This document shows, one piece after another, positions 29,570-39,778 of a DNA stretch of 64,000 nucleotides. Position 1 is the stretch's first letter, and every line of letters begins with the position of its first letter. The notes below the pieces were generated by a model that saw only the letters and a program-made list of their open reading frames with translations, did no database searches and was not told the DNA's origin. This DNA is from Nitrospirota bacterium (GTDB lineage: Bacteria > Nitrospirota > UBA9217). The stretch is taken from contig CAVUCU010000001.1 of assembly GCA_963740085.1 (NCBI GenBank), forward strand, positions 768,001-832,000. Reading direction: 5' to 3'. A program made the translations under genes and the position numbers.

Positions 29570-29950
29570 TCACAAACCCTGCCTGCTCAGAACCGCGGCG
29601 ATTTCATCATAAGCATAAAATCCGACATGCCGGAAAAACTCCTTCCCGGTTTTATCCAGGAACACCTGCGTCGGGATCATATGAACTCCAAACTGACGGC
29701 CTGTTTTATGGTCCTCACGAACGTCTATAAAGAGGACCTCAAGCTTGCCTTTGTACGTATCGCGCAGTTTCTGCATCACCGGCTTCATCTGCTCACAGGG
29801 GATGCACCCTACTGACCCGAGTTCCAGCATGACGACCTTGTTGTCCGCTTTAGCCTGGGCAAGCACGCTGTCGACGTCACTCGCCTGGCTTATGCCCGAC
29901 AGGAACAGGCTGCCGGCCAGCATAATCAAAGATATTATCCTTAATTTCAT
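29570..29950 (-). CDS. Exported thioredoxin-family protein
   Basis: Signal peptide; ELGSVGCIPC, IPTQVF and RHVGF motifs. Confidence 0.9.
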   Translation of the reverse strand: MKLRIISLIMLAGSLFLSGISQASDVDSVLAQAKADNKVVMLELGSVGCIPCEQMKPVMQKLRDTYKGKLEVLFIDVREDHKTGRQFGVHMIPTQVFLDKTGKEFFRHVGFYAYDEIAAVLSRQGL

Positions 29951-29978
29951 TGCTGTTTCTCCTTTCTATTCGTCATAA

Positions 29979-31052
29979 TTACTCCAACCCCTTTACTCTG
30001 CAATATTCAACGGAAAAGTATTTTTTCTGGAAATACAGCGCTACATTCACCAGTCCGATCAGGACGGGCACTTCGACAAGAGGACCTATGACCGCCGCAA
30101 AGGCGACCCCTGAATTGATGCCGAACACGGCAATAGCGACCGCGATCGCAAGTTCAAAATTGTTGCTTGCCGCGGTGAAGGAAAGTGTCGCGGTCTTCGG
30201 ATAATCGGCCCCGATCTTTCTCCCGAGATAGAACGATACAAGGAACATGACCACAAAATAGATCAACAGCGGCACTGCAATGCGCAGCACATCGAGGGGA
30301 AGCTTGACAATGTAATTGCCCTTGAGCGAAAACATTACGATGATGGTGAATAACAGCGATATGAGGGTTATCGGGCTTATCCGGGGGATGAACACCGTCT
30401 CATACCAGTGGCGGTCCTTCAACTTGATGAGAGTGAAGCGGGTGATCATCCCGGCGATGAACGGGATGCCAAGATAGATGAATACGCTCTGCGCGATCTG
30501 CCCGATCGTCACCTTGACGACAACTCCTTTCAGTCCGAACCAGACCGGAAGCACGGTAATGAAGATATAGGCGTATACGGAAAAGAACAGGACCTGGAAG
30601 ATAGAGTTGAATGCTACAAGGCCGGCGGCATATTCCGGATCGCCGCAGGCAAGGTCGTTCCAGACGATCACCATGGCAATGCACCGGGCAAGGCCGATCA
30701 TGATGAGACCCACCATGTATTCCGGATAGGCCCGGAGAAAGATGATCGCAAGTGCGAACATGAGGATTGGCCCTATGACCCAGTTCTGAACGAGCGAGAG
30801 GCCAAGGACCTTCTTGTTCCTGAATACCTCGCCCAGCTCTTCATATTTGACCTTTGCAAGCGGCGGGTACATCATCAGGATAAGACCGATGGCGATGGGA
30901 ATGTTGGTAGTCCCGGCCTGAAAGCTGTTGATGAAGGCTTCAGTGCCCTGAATGAAATAGCCAAGACCCACCCCGAAGGCCATCGCAGCAAAGATCCAGA
31001 GCGTAAGGAAACGGTCGACAAATGATAGTTTTTTGACTGCCTTTTCCGCCAT
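29979..31052 (-). CDS. acr3: Acr3-family arsenite efflux transporter
   Basis: [38 protein letters not shown] and GPLVEVP motifs. Confidence 0.96.
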   Translation of the reverse strand: MAEKAVKKLSFVDRFLTLWIFAAMAFGVGLGYFIQGTEAFINSFQAGTTNIPIAIGLILMMYPPLAKVKYEELGEVFRNKKVLGLSLVQNWVIGPILMFALAIIFLRAYPEYMVGLIMIGLARCIAMVIVWNDLACGDPEYAAGLVAFNSIFQVLFFSVYAYIFITVLPVWFGLKGVVVKVTIGQIAQSVFIYLGIPFIAGMITRFTLIKLKDRHWYETVFIPRISPITLISLLFTIIVMFSLKGNYIVKLPLDVLRIAVPLLIYFVVMFLVSFYLGRKIGADYPKTATLSFTAASNNFELAIAVAIAVFGINSGVAFAAVIGPLVEVPVLIGLVNVALYFQKKYFSVEYCRVKGLE

Positions 31053-31054
31053 GG

Positions 31055-31480
31055 TCAATTCCCCTTTGTCTTGACCTCGAATATGAACTGCTCAACTCTT
31101 GCCCTGATCTCGTCCCTCGCCCGCCGAAACTCCGTCATGATCTTCTTCTCACCGCCCCTAGTCCCGACCGGATCATTGATCGGCCAGTGGAGCCGCAGTA
31201 TATTCGGAGGCGTCCGGGGACAGGCTTCTTCGGCGTTGCCGCAGAGCGTGATGACGGCGTCCATGGTCATCAGGAGTTTCTCGTCGATCGTCTTGGACCT
31301 CTGTCCTGATATATCAATCCCGATCTCTTTCATCACGGCGATCGTGCGAGGGTGAACGCCTGCTGCAATGAGCCCCGCGCTGAATGGTTCAATGACGCCC
31401 TTGCCGAACTCCCGCGCAAATCCTTCAGCCATCTGGCTCCGGCATGCATTGCCGGTGCAAAGGAACATTACTTTCTTCAT
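31055..31480 (-). CDS. arsC: Arsenate reductase (thioredoxin-dependent, LMW-PTP fold)
   Basis: [26 protein letters not shown] and HWPINDP motifs. Confidence 0.94.
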   Translation of the reverse strand: MKKVMFLCTGNACRSQMAEGFAREFGKGVIEPFSAGLIAAGVHPRTIAVMKEIGIDISGQRSKTIDEKLLMTMDAVITLCGNAEEACPRTPPNILRLHWPINDPVGTRGGEKKIMTEFRRARDEIRARVEQFIFEVKTKGN

Positions 31481-31483
31481 CGT

Positions 31484-31861
31484 TTATCCCCCGCAACAGT
31501 TCGGCTTGTCGCGCAAACCGGCGACCTTTGCCTTTGTGTCCTTGATCTTCAGAAACACGTCAAGCCGTTTCCTGTCTTTCTGTACAGCGTCCTGGGGCGC
31601 CTTCTCGATAACCGCGAGGACCAAAAATCGTTTGAACATATCCGACGTATCGAGACGATAGTGGATCCATCTGCCCTGTTTCCGGTCTCTGATGAGCCCC
31701 GCTTCTTTTAGCGCATTCAAGTGAAAAGAGACCTTTGGCTGGACCATATCGAGCGCCGCCGTAATGTCGCAAACACACAGTTCGCCCTGCTCGAGAAGTT
31801 TTATTATTCTAAGCCGGGTCTCGTCGGAAAGTGCCTTGAATATGTTTGTAAGTTCGTGCAT
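31484..31861 (-). CDS. arsR: ArsR/SmtB transcriptional repressor
   Basis: FKALSDETRLRI, ELCVCDI box, QPKVSFHL; C-terminal CC. Confidence 0.93.
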   Translation of the reverse strand: MHELTNIFKALSDETRLRIIKLLEQGELCVCDITAALDMVQPKVSFHLNALKEAGLIRDRKQGRWIHYRLDTSDMFKRFLVLAVIEKAPQDAVQKDRKRLDVFLKIKDTKAKVAGLRDKPNCCGG

Positions 31862-31904
31862 GTTTTTTTCGATACCGGGGTGACTCATTCTGGAGAGCAC
31901 TCAG

Positions 31905-32159
31905 CTATTGCCTGTCCACCGATTCACCCTTGATGAGTTCCTTCACTTTATCCAGACTCGGCAGCGGCTTGCCTGAGTGCTTGATCTTTCCATTCACGAT
32001 AAGTCCTGGTGTGGACAAGATGCCGTGCATCGCGATCTGGCCTATGTCGGTGATCTTCATGACCGTGGCGTCAACACCAAGTTCCTTCACTGCTGTTTTA
32101 GCCAGTTCCTCCATCTTAAAGCAGTTTGCGCATCCGGGACCAAGAACCTTGATTTCCAT
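31905..32159 (-). CDS. Small thioredoxin-like protein (MTH895-like redox-active disulfide protein)
   Basis: IKVLGPGCANC and STPGLIVNG motifs. Confidence 0.9.
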   Translation of the reverse strand: MEIKVLGPGCANCFKMEELAKTAVKELGVDATVMKITDIGQIAMHGILSTPGLIVNGKIKHSGKPLPSLDKVKELIKGESVDRQ

Positions 32160-32169
32160 TTTCTTCCTC

Positions 32170-33123
32170 CTAAAGAATTGCGTTGAACAGATACCCCACT
32201 CCGATAATCGTAACCGTCATGATCGAGATGAACACGGCCAGAAGATTGACCTTCAACACCTTCCGCAGAATGATCATTTCAGGAAGAGACAAGGCCGTTA
32301 CCGCCATCATGAAGGCCAGAACGGTACCCATGCTCATGCCTTTTTCCATAAGCGCGTATACAATGGGAATCACGCCTGCGGCATTGGAATAGAGCGGCAC
32401 ACCGAGGGCAACAGCGACCGGAACGCCGAACGGATTCTGCGGACCTGCATACCGTACCAGAAAGTCTTCAGGTACATACCCGTGAATGAACCCTCCTATG
32501 CCGATGGCAACCATTACGTAGATCCAGACCTTTTTCAGGATATCCGTCGTATTCTCCCGAGCATACACAATCCGGTCCTTGAATTTTTGTTTTGCAATGT
32601 CGACGGCGGCACCCAGGGACTTGATCGTATAGACATACTCCTCGACCCATTTTTCAAGTTTCAGTTTTCCGATGATCATGCCCGCGATGATCGCGACAAG
32701 GAGGCCGGTCCCCATATAGATGAGCGCGATCTTCCAGCCAAAGAGCCCCCACAGGAGCACAACAGCAACTTCATTCACCATTGGGGAAGAGATGAGGAAT
32801 GAGAACGTGACGCCCAGGGGAACTCCCGACTCAACAAACCCGATAAAGAGCGGGACGGCAGAGCAGGAACAGAACGGCGTGACGATGCCCAGAAGTGCGG
32901 CGAGAATATTACCGATAAACTCCCGTTTATGCGAAAGGATCTTCTTCGTCCGCTCCGGAGGAAAGTAGGACCGGATGATGGAGACAATGAAGATAATGAC
33001 GGAAAGGAGCAGAAAGATCTTTATTGTGTCGTATATGAAGAATTCTAACGCACCCGACAGCCGTGTGCCCTGCGCCATCCCAAACAGGTCATACACCGTA
33101 TACTGCGCAAAAGCCTGTAACAT
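32170..33123 (-). CDS. arsP: ArsP/DUF318 permease
   Basis: TPFCSCSAVP, FLISSPMVNE, GVPLYSN and ALSLPEM motifs. Confidence 0.88.
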   Translation of the reverse strand: MLQAFAQYTVYDLFGMAQGTRLSGALEFFIYDTIKIFLLLSVIIFIVSIIRSYFPPERTKKILSHKREFIGNILAALLGIVTPFCSCSAVPLFIGFVESGVPLGVTFSFLISSPMVNEVAVVLLWGLFGWKIALIYMGTGLLVAIIAGMIIGKLKLEKWVEEYVYTIKSLGAAVDIAKQKFKDRIVYARENTTDILKKVWIYVMVAIGIGGFIHGYVPEDFLVRYAGPQNPFGVPVAVALGVPLYSNAAGVIPIVYALMEKGMSMGTVLAFMMAVTALSLPEMIILRKVLKVNLLAVFISIMTVTIIGVGYLFNAIL

Positions 33124-33132
33124 TCCCCCACC

Positions 33133-33181
33133 TCATATCAATTTATTTTTATATGATAACGGGGGAAGATGGAAATGTCAA
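33133..33181 (-). promoter_or_regulatory. ars operon promoter with overlapping ArsR-type operator
   Basis: TTGACA-N17-TATCAT on the minus strand; inverted repeat TCATAT-N12-ATATGA (33133-33156) overlaps the -10. Confidence 0.7.
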
Positions 33182-33189
33182 GTTGAATT

Positions 33190-34182
33190 TCACTGCTTCG
33201 TCTGGTCCATCAGGTTTGTGATCCCGTCGGTCATGAAGACCTTGCCCTGCTCGTCCACGATGATGGCCTCCGCGCCGAACTTCCGCACGATCTTCATGCC
33301 CTCCTCGGGGCCAAGGATGAAAGGAACCTTGCTCAAGGGGTCGATGATCGCCCCCTTGTTACCGACAAGGGTCACCGATATGACCCCTTTCGACGGCTTC
33401 CCCGTCCGGGGGTCGATAATGTGATGGTAGCGCTTATGTTCCCTGATGACGAACCGCTCATAATCACCCGACGTGGAAATATATTTGTCGCTGAGATCCA
33501 GGACGGCAAGCGTCTTGTCATGCTCCCTCGGATGCTGCACGCCGATCCTCCAGGGCGATCCGTCCTCCCGGTGCCCCAATACCCAGATATCGCCCGCAAC
33601 CGCAATAACTGCGTTCTTGATGCCCCGTTTTCTGAAGAGCTCAGCGACCCGGTCTGCCATATATCCCTTCATGCCGCCGAAATCCATGATCATGCCGGGC
33701 TTTTTTAGAAAGATCGTCGACGCCTTCCTGTCAATTGCGACATTCTTATAGTTCACGAGAGGTTTGATCCTCGCGATTTCAATGTCCGTCGGGATCTTCC
33801 CCTCCTTGAGCCGCATCTGCCACAGGACAACGAGTGGACCGATGGTCACGTCAAAGACGCCGCCTGAAACCCTTGATATTTCGGCTGCCTGTTCAACGAC
33901 CTCGATCATCTCCGGTGATACCTTCACGGGAGTCTTCCCCGCAGCAAGGTTTACCTTCGTGATCTCGCTCGTGTCCTTGTAGAGCGACATCATGGCATCG
34001 AGCCGCCGCAACTCCGCCATCCCCGCGTCTATGGCCGCTTCGCCCACATCGATCGAGGGGGCGGTGACGGTGATCGTGATATCCGTGCCCATGATCGCCT
34101 CGGTCTTCTGGACGGTCCTGGTCCTGGCGCACCCGCCGAAAAGCGCAATCGCCATAAGTACAAGAATAAACGAACGCTTCAT
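33190..34182 (-). CDS. apbE: FAD:protein FMN transferase lipoprotein
   Basis: Lipobox LFGGC; IMGT, FDVTIGPL, STSGDYER and HHIIDPRTG motifs. Confidence 0.92.
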   Translation of the reverse strand: MKRSFILVLMAIALFGGCARTRTVQKTEAIMGTDITITVTAPSIDVGEAAIDAGMAELRRLDAMMSLYKDTSEITKVNLAAGKTPVKVSPEMIEVVEQAAEISRVSGGVFDVTIGPLVVLWQMRLKEGKIPTDIEIARIKPLVNYKNVAIDRKASTIFLKKPGMIMDFGGMKGYMADRVAELFRKRGIKNAVIAVAGDIWVLGHREDGSPWRIGVQHPREHDKTLAVLDLSDKYISTSGDYERFVIREHKRYHHIIDPRTGKPSKGVISVTLVGNKGAIIDPLSKVPFILGPEEGMKIVRKFGAEAIIVDEQGKVFMTDGITNLMDQTKQ

Positions 34183-34264
34183 ATGATCTCTGTTCTCCTT
34201 ATCAGGGGATCGTGGCGCATGAGGGATTGTGCTCATCGGCAATAAGGGGGATGATGGCTCTCTG

Positions 34265-35026
34265 CTATACCTTGCCGGCCTTTTTCTTGATAAGCAGGTT
34301 CCTCGCAGCGGACCGCACCGCCTCAGGGACATTGCGGCTCGTTTCGAGAATGCCGAGTTCCCGGACCGACAGACGGGGGATAAACCCGAGCGAGATGCCG
34401 ACCGGGGTCTTGGGATTGCTTACGAGCGCGGAGGCGATCGTGGGCTTTCTGGTCCATTCGGCATTGGTCCCGATCTTGCGGATAACATCCTCGCTCAGGT
34501 TCGTTGACTTGGCGAAGAACTCGATCTCTCCGATGGTGATCCTCGGATTTGCCAGCACCCCCAGCGCAATTATCTTGCTCGACTCCCGGATCAGATAGCT
34601 GCGAGCCTCCTTGGCTCCGGACATGGATAGTTTTATTTTCTGCGACATGGTCATTCTCTGGATCTGCTGCATGACGTTCAGTTTTTTCTTTTCCGACCCC
34701 TGTCCTTGTTTTTCCTCCAGTGCGGCGTCCCCAAACACCACCTCCATGACGCGAGTGCTCGCAATGAAGCTTTTGATCTCATCCGAGGATGTCAGGGCAA
34801 TGAAGGCGAGCGTGTTCTCATCCAGGTTCGGACAGCGGACAAGATCGCGCATTACCTCCTCATCATCGCAATAAGCCTGAGCAATGCGGTCAAGGATATG
34901 AGCAGGCGTGCGAACATCGAGGAGCATGGCTCTGACGGAGATCGGTGAACAGTATTCAATATCCAGAGGAAGCTGCCGCCGGAACCTTTTTGCGAGTATG
35001 ATTTTCCACTGGCTATATTCGTCCAT
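34265..35026 (-). CDS. Conserved hypothetical alpha-helical repeat protein
   Basis: Long ORF with repeated L..NP motifs (VLANPRIT, LVSNPKTP). Confidence 0.65.
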   Translation of the reverse strand: MDEYSQWKIILAKRFRRQLPLDIEYCSPISVRAMLLDVRTPAHILDRIAQAYCDDEEVMRDLVRCPNLDENTLAFIALTSSDEIKSFIASTRVMEVVFGDAALEEKQGQGSEKKKLNVMQQIQRMTMSQKIKLSMSGAKEARSYLIRESSKIIALGVLANPRITIGEIEFFAKSTNLSEDVIRKIGTNAEWTRKPTIASALVSNPKTPVGISLGFIPRLSVRELGILETSRNVPEAVRSAARNLLIKKKAGKV

Positions 35027-35166
35027 CAGCCGCCTCTGTCAATCAAGGACCCGGATTCTTCCACGCCGAAAGAAGATTTTATCGCTCCGACCGTTGCCCT
35101 CTTTCAGCACCGACCTTGTCCGGGCAAGGCCCCCGTAACAACAGCAAAAGCGTTTCCCGCGGTCCC

Positions 35167-35373
35167 TTAAACGACTTTATAGCCCGCATCGACCACTGCG
35201 ATAGAAAGCTTTTCCGGCGTGATCTTGGTCTCGTCATAGGTCACTACGGCCTCGCCCTTCTGCAGGTCTACCCGGGCGTCCTGCACGCCGGGAACAGCCT
35301 TGAGCGCCTTTGCCACCCGCATCACGCAGTGATTGCAGGTCATGCCCTGGATCTTGAGTGTTGAAGTTGTCAT
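35167..35373 (-). CDS. copZ: Copper chaperone / heavy-metal-associated domain protein
   Basis: GMTCNHC and DAGY motifs; GGAGG RBS. Confidence 0.9.
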   Translation of the reverse strand: MTTSTLKIQGMTCNHCVMRVAKALKAVPGVQDARVDLQKGEAVVTYDETKITPEKLSIAVVDAGYKVV

Positions 35374-35469
35374 GCGTTCCTCCTTCGGTAAAAAAATCAC
35401 TCCTGGTGCGTGAAACATAATACACGAATCAGGCGGTTCAATAAAGTTTTTTTGCGCATCCGGTGTCGT

Positions 35470-36822
35470 TTATTTAAGTCCGAATTTTTCCATCCGGTAG
35501 ATGAGCGTCGGCCGGGTGATCCCGAGATATTCAGCTGCGCGGGTCTGATTCCCCTTGTGTTTATCAAGCGCTTTGATGATAAGGCTTTTTTCCAGGTCTT
35601 CGAGCGATATCCCCTGTTCCGGCAAATTCAGGATAATGTCCTCCACACCGCGTTTTTCCTTCTTCAGCTTCTCCGGCAACTCATCCTGCGTTACGAGCGC
35701 TCCCCGCTTGAGCACCGAGGCCCGTTCGATCACGTTCTCAAGCTCGCGCACATTGCCGGGCCAGCGGTACGCTGTGAGCACCGAGAGCGCCCCGGCATCA
35801 ATGCGGACGTCGGCATCTTTGTTGAACTTTTTCAGGAAATGGGCGGCCAGCAAGGGGATATCTTCTTTCCGCTCGCGCAGCGGCGGGATGAAGAGGGTTA
35901 TAACGTTCAAGCGATAGTACAGGTCCTCTCGAAATGCACCCTCCCTCACCGCCCGATCGATGTCCTTGTTCGTTGCCGCGATCACGCGCACATCCACGGA
36001 GACGGGTTTCCCTCCGCCCACACGGTCGACCTCCCGCTCCTGCAGCGCCCGCAGGATCTTGGCCTGCAGGTCAATGCGCAGGTCTCCGATCTCGTCGAGG
36101 AACAGCGTACCTCCGTCGGCCAGCTCGAATTTTCCTTCCTTGTCCTTTATGGCGCCGGTGAAGGCGCCTCTCACATGGCCGAAGAGCTCGCTTTCGATCA
36201 GGGCTTCGGGGATCGCCGCGCAGTTCACGGCAACAAAGGGTCCCTCAGCCCGCCCGCTGTTGAAATGCACCCCCCGGGCAAGCAGTTCCTTGCCCGTACC
36301 GCTCTCGCCCGTGATCATCAGGCTCGCATCGCTTACGGCCACGCGCCCCGCCAGGTCCAGGACTTCCTTCATCTTCTCGCTGCTGCCGATGATGCTCTCG
36401 AAGCGATAACGGTCCGTGACCTCGGCCCGGAGTTCCACGTTCTCCTTCTCGAGTCGCCGCATCCTGATGGCCTTCTGGAGCGTGAGCCGGAGTTCGTCGC
36501 GGCTCACCGGCTTGGTAACATAATCGAAGGCCCCCCGCTTCATGGCCTCCACAGCGCTCTCGATCGTGCCGTATGCCGTGATGACGATCACGGGGATATG
36601 GGCGTCACGCTGGCGGACCCTGGCCAGGACCTCCATTCCGCTCATCCCCGGCATGGTAATGTCGGTGATCACCGCATCGAAGCTGTCTTTTTCGAACAAT
36701 CGCAGCCCGTCCTCCCCGCTTGCCGCGGTCCGGACCGTGTGACCCGCCTCTGTCAGGCTGAACTCCATGACCCTGCGCAGGCTGTCGTCATCGTCTATGA
36801 GGAGAATGGATGATTTTTTCAT
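35470..36822 (-). CDS. Sigma54-dependent response regulator (NtrC/ZraR type)
   Basis: REC domain, GESGTGKE, GAFTGA, FREDLYYRL, WPGNVREL, Fis-type HTH. Confidence 0.95.
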   Translation of the reverse strand: MKKSSILLIDDDDSLRRVMEFSLTEAGHTVRTAASGEDGLRLFEKDSFDAVITDITMPGMSGMEVLARVRQRDAHIPVIVITAYGTIESAVEAMKRGAFDYVTKPVSRDELRLTLQKAIRMRRLEKENVELRAEVTDRYRFESIIGSSEKMKEVLDLAGRVAVSDASLMITGESGTGKELLARGVHFNSGRAEGPFVAVNCAAIPEALIESELFGHVRGAFTGAIKDKEGKFELADGGTLFLDEIGDLRIDLQAKILRALQEREVDRVGGGKPVSVDVRVIAATNKDIDRAVREGAFREDLYYRLNVITLFIPPLRERKEDIPLLAAHFLKKFNKDADVRIDAGALSVLTAYRWPGNVRELENVIERASVLKRGALVTQDELPEKLKKEKRGVEDIILNLPEQGISLEDLEKSLIIKALDKHKGNQTRAAEYLGITRPTLIYRMEKFGLK

Positions 36823-36953
36823 GCGTAATTCGTTGTCCACGGGTAACGGTGACGAGGCCCTTTTCGTATGCCAGTTGCGTCGTTCGTGTTCTGGCTAACC
36901 GTCCCATGACCTCCGATACGGGCTTCGTTTCCGCTTAGCGCGAAACCATTGCT

Positions 36954-38057
36954 TTAGACCGGTATCGTTACCCTGAACGTCGTTCCCTTCCCCGGTTCGC
37001 TCGCGACATTGATCGTCCCGCGGTGGTTCTCGATGATCCGGTAGGTGATCGCAAGACCGAGACCCGTGCCGTTCTTCTTGGTCGTAAAAAACGGACTGAA
37101 GAGCTTTTTCCTGTTTTTTTCACTGATCCCGACGCCCGTGTCCGCGATCGTTATCTCGACGGCATCGCCATGAAGCCTGCTCCCGATGGTCAGGACACCG
37201 CCGCCGTCCATTGCCTGGATCGCGTTCAGGACCAGGTTCAGGAACGCCTGCCGGAGCAGGCCGACGTCGAGGCCGCGCTTCCCGATCGCGGGATCGAGCG
37301 ATTTTTCAACCTTCACCCCCGCCTTCCTCGCCTCCTGCGCCGTAAGCGTGAGCACGGACTCGATGGCTTCATTCAGGTCAGCCTGCTGGAGATCGGGCTG
37401 CTTGGGCCGTGCGAACCCGAGGAACTCCTGCACAATATGGTTCAGCCGGTCTGTTTCTTTGAGCAGTATCTGGATGAACTCGTACCTGGCGTCCTCCGGC
37501 CTGTAATCGTCCTTCAGGATCTCAACCGCACCCTTGATAGCGCCCAGCGGGTTCCGGATCTCATGGGCCATGCCGGCGGAGAGTTCGCCGAGGGCGGACA
37601 AACGGTCGGCGCGCCTCAAATGCTCCTCCGTCTGAAAGAGGATGTCCGTCTGCTCCCGAAGCTTGCGGTGGGACTCATCGAGCCGCAGGAGCGCCCCTTC
37701 ATACCGCATGCGCTGGTTTCGCTCCATCTGGCTCAATACTCCTGTAACGCCGCCGATCAGAAGAAAGAGGAACAGCTCCACGTAGTTGTAGACTTCCAGA
37801 AAGGGGTCATGCCAGTGCAGGAAGAGGTGCGGCGAAAACAGGACCGCAGATGCGATGGAAACACTTGCCCCACCCTTGATGCCATACCAATAGGCCCCGA
37901 GGATGATCGGCACGATATACATATGCCCGAGAAGACTGTGCAGCAATCCCGCCTGAGCGCCGCCCACAAGGTAGTGAATGAGGGTGATTAACGCAAGCAA
38001 TACACCGAGCACATATGCCCTGAGGCCTTTAATTTTCCAGAAGCGTGTCCTATCCAT
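36954..38057 (-). CDS. Membrane sensor histidine kinase
   Basis: Four TM helices with His-rich loops; AHEIRNPL, NLVLNAIQA and GTGLGL motifs. Confidence 0.93.
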   Translation of the reverse strand: MDRTRFWKIKGLRAYVLGVLLALITLIHYLVGGAQAGLLHSLLGHMYIVPIILGAYWYGIKGGASVSIASAVLFSPHLFLHWHDPFLEVYNYVELFLFLLIGGVTGVLSQMERNQRMRYEGALLRLDESHRKLREQTDILFQTEEHLRRADRLSALGELSAGMAHEIRNPLGAIKGAVEILKDDYRPEDARYEFIQILLKETDRLNHIVQEFLGFARPKQPDLQQADLNEAIESVLTLTAQEARKAGVKVEKSLDPAIGKRGLDVGLLRQAFLNLVLNAIQAMDGGGVLTIGSRLHGDAVEITIADTGVGISEKNRKKLFSPFFTTKKNGTGLGLAITYRIIENHRGTINVASEPGKGTTFRVTIPV

Positions 38058-38363
38058 GCGAAGTCATTTGGCAAGCAGAAATCCAGACAGTGAAATTCTC
38101 AACAAAAAAAATAAAACTGACTATGGGTTGCCTCCCCCTGATAAGGTAAATTAATCTAACTGAATAGCCCCTGTTTGTCAAGAAATGACTATGCGGTTGG
38201 CTGCGCTGCAAGAACGCACAACTCGTTGATTGTTTTGTCAATTTAACGTACTTACGACAGGTTGCCCTCTTGAATTGCCGCCCCTGGGCAGCATCACACG
38301 GGGGAGAAATGCTTCCCCTGGCTATTAGAGGGTATAAGAAAATAGCCGATATCATGATTCTAC

Positions 38364-38392
38364 TTGACAATGTCTACGTTGTCTGGTAAATA
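38364..38392 (+). promoter_or_regulatory. Putative sigma70 promoter
   Basis: TTGACA-N17-TAAATA with TG extension, upstream of an AGGAGG RBS. Confidence 0.55.
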
Positions 38393-38432
38393 TTAAGGAT
38401 ACATTTTAATTCAGGAAAGGAGGTGAATATCA

Positions 38433-38732
38433 ATGAAAAAGATCATCGCGCTTTTCACAGCAGTGGCATTTGCACTGACCCTCGGCGTAGCGTTCGCAGA
38501 GGAGATGGCACCGGCAGCAGCTCCTACGAAGACCGAGAAGAAAACGGCAACCAAGAAGGCAGCACACAAGAAGAAGGTAGCCAAGAAGAAGGCAGCCAAG
38601 TTAAAGGCAGCCGAGAAGAAGGAAGCAGCTGAGATGAAGGCATCCGAGAAGATGGAAGCAACCGAGAAGAAGGAAGCAGCAGAGATGAGAGCAACCGAGA
38701 AGAAGGAAGAAGCAGCTCCGGCAGCAAAGTAG
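38433..38732 (+). CDS. Small secreted Lys/Ala/Glu-rich low-complexity protein
   Basis: AGGAGG RBS; signal peptide ending AFA; KKAA and EKKEAAEM repeats; has its own terminator. Confidence 0.8.
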   Translation: MKKIIALFTAVAFALTLGVAFAEEMAPAAAPTKTEKKTATKKAAHKKKVAKKKAAKLKAAEKKEAAEMKASEKMEATEKKEAAEMRATEKKEEAAPAAK

Positions 38733-38798
38733 TTCCCCTATACCGCTAATTCATTATACAGAGCGGAGAAAAGCTTTAATGTCAGTACATGTAACTTT

Positions 38799-38828
38799 AA
38801 GCAGGCGGTTTAAACCGCCTGCTTTTTT
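38799..38828 (+). terminator. Intrinsic terminator
   Basis: AAGCAGGCGGTTT-AAACCGCCTGCTT followed by a T-run. Confidence 0.8.
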
Positions 38829-38869
38829 GTCTTCTACGGACCTCGAAAAATCTTTCCGGCGTTGACCGG

Positions 38870-39778
38870 TCAATCCCACCACAAGAACAGTTTCTTCGTT
38901 TTCTGAATTTCTTTCGCGAGTTCGGCTATGCTTCCCGGTCCCTGGTCCACGGCATCGGGGCAGAAATCACGCACCTCCTCTGCAAAGGCATTCAGGTCCT
39001 TCGGCAATATCCTGAACTCGATTTCCACCCAATTGCCGTCCGCCCCGAGAATTTCAAAGGGGGAGTCTATCTCCCACTCTTTCAAGCGATCGATCACGTC
39101 CTGATTCGATATGTCATATTCATTCCCGTCCGTATGCATGATCCGCAGGATGTCGTACTGGTCCGTGCCCTTGAGGATCCCGATCTTATCGATCTTGAGC
39201 CCCTCGTTCATCTCCACCACAAAGGCCATATACTTGAGGGGGAAAAGTTTCTTCCGAAGCGAGGAAAGGATGTGATCCGTCCTGTCCTCCGGCACTGAGA
39301 TGGTTATGCCGGGAACGATGATCTGGTAGCTGTCTTCATCGAAGCCGATCAGCCGTCCGATGCGGTCCTGACTCTCTTCCTTCGCCATGAGAAGGACCTG
39401 TCGATCAAACTTGATGCTCTTTGCAAGTTCTTCCGCTGCAGGGGAGAGGGTCGCCTTCGTGATCGTCGCCCTGCTTACCACGCCGGCCGCGGCGCTCCTG
39501 GTCATACCGCTGGAGAGACTATGCTTCGTTCTGCTCGTTATACTGCCCGTCACCCTGCTGAGAGGGCTGTTCGTCATGCCGCTGATAAGGCTGCCGGTGA
39601 TGCTGCTGGTGACGCTGCTCATGACGCTGCCGGTGCCGGTGCTCGTGACGCTGCTGGTGACGTTGCTCATGACGCTGCCGGTGCCGGTGCTTATCACCCG
39701 GTTTTCCGCTCCCATGAGCAGAAGCGCAATTCCGGCAAAGGCCAGCAGGGACGAAAATCGTCGGGATAAGTACTGCAT
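38870..39778 (-). CDS. DUF4253 protein with Ser/Thr-rich N-terminal repeats
   Basis: C-terminal FCPDAVDQG...LWWD signature; STGTGSVMSxVTSS repeats. Confidence 0.8.
   Translation of the reverse strand: MQYLSRRFSSLLAFAGIALLLMGAENRVISTGTGSVMSNVTSSVTSTGTGSVMSSVTSSITGSLISGMTNSPLSRVTGSITSRTKHSLSSGMTRSAAAGVVSRATITKATLSPAAEELAKSIKFDRQVLLMAKEESQDRIGRLIGFDEDSYQIIVPGITISVPEDRTDHILSSLRKKLFPLKYMAFVVEMNEGLKIDKIGILKGTDQYDILRIMHTDGNEYDISNQDVIDRLKEWEIDSPFEILGADGNWVEIEFRILPKDLNAFAEEVRDFCPDAVDQGPGSIAELAKEIQKTKKLFLWWD
39602..39691. repeat. 48-bp-period tandem repeat built from 12-bp subunits
   Basis: GCTGCTGGTGACG(C/T)TGCTCATGACGCTGCCGGTGCCGGTGCT occurs twice. Confidence 0.85.

Noticed and set aside
38560-38725. 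Short repeats as a CRISPR array (also 39600-39690)
   Set aside because: They are in-frame coding repeats without unique spacers, and no cas genes are present.
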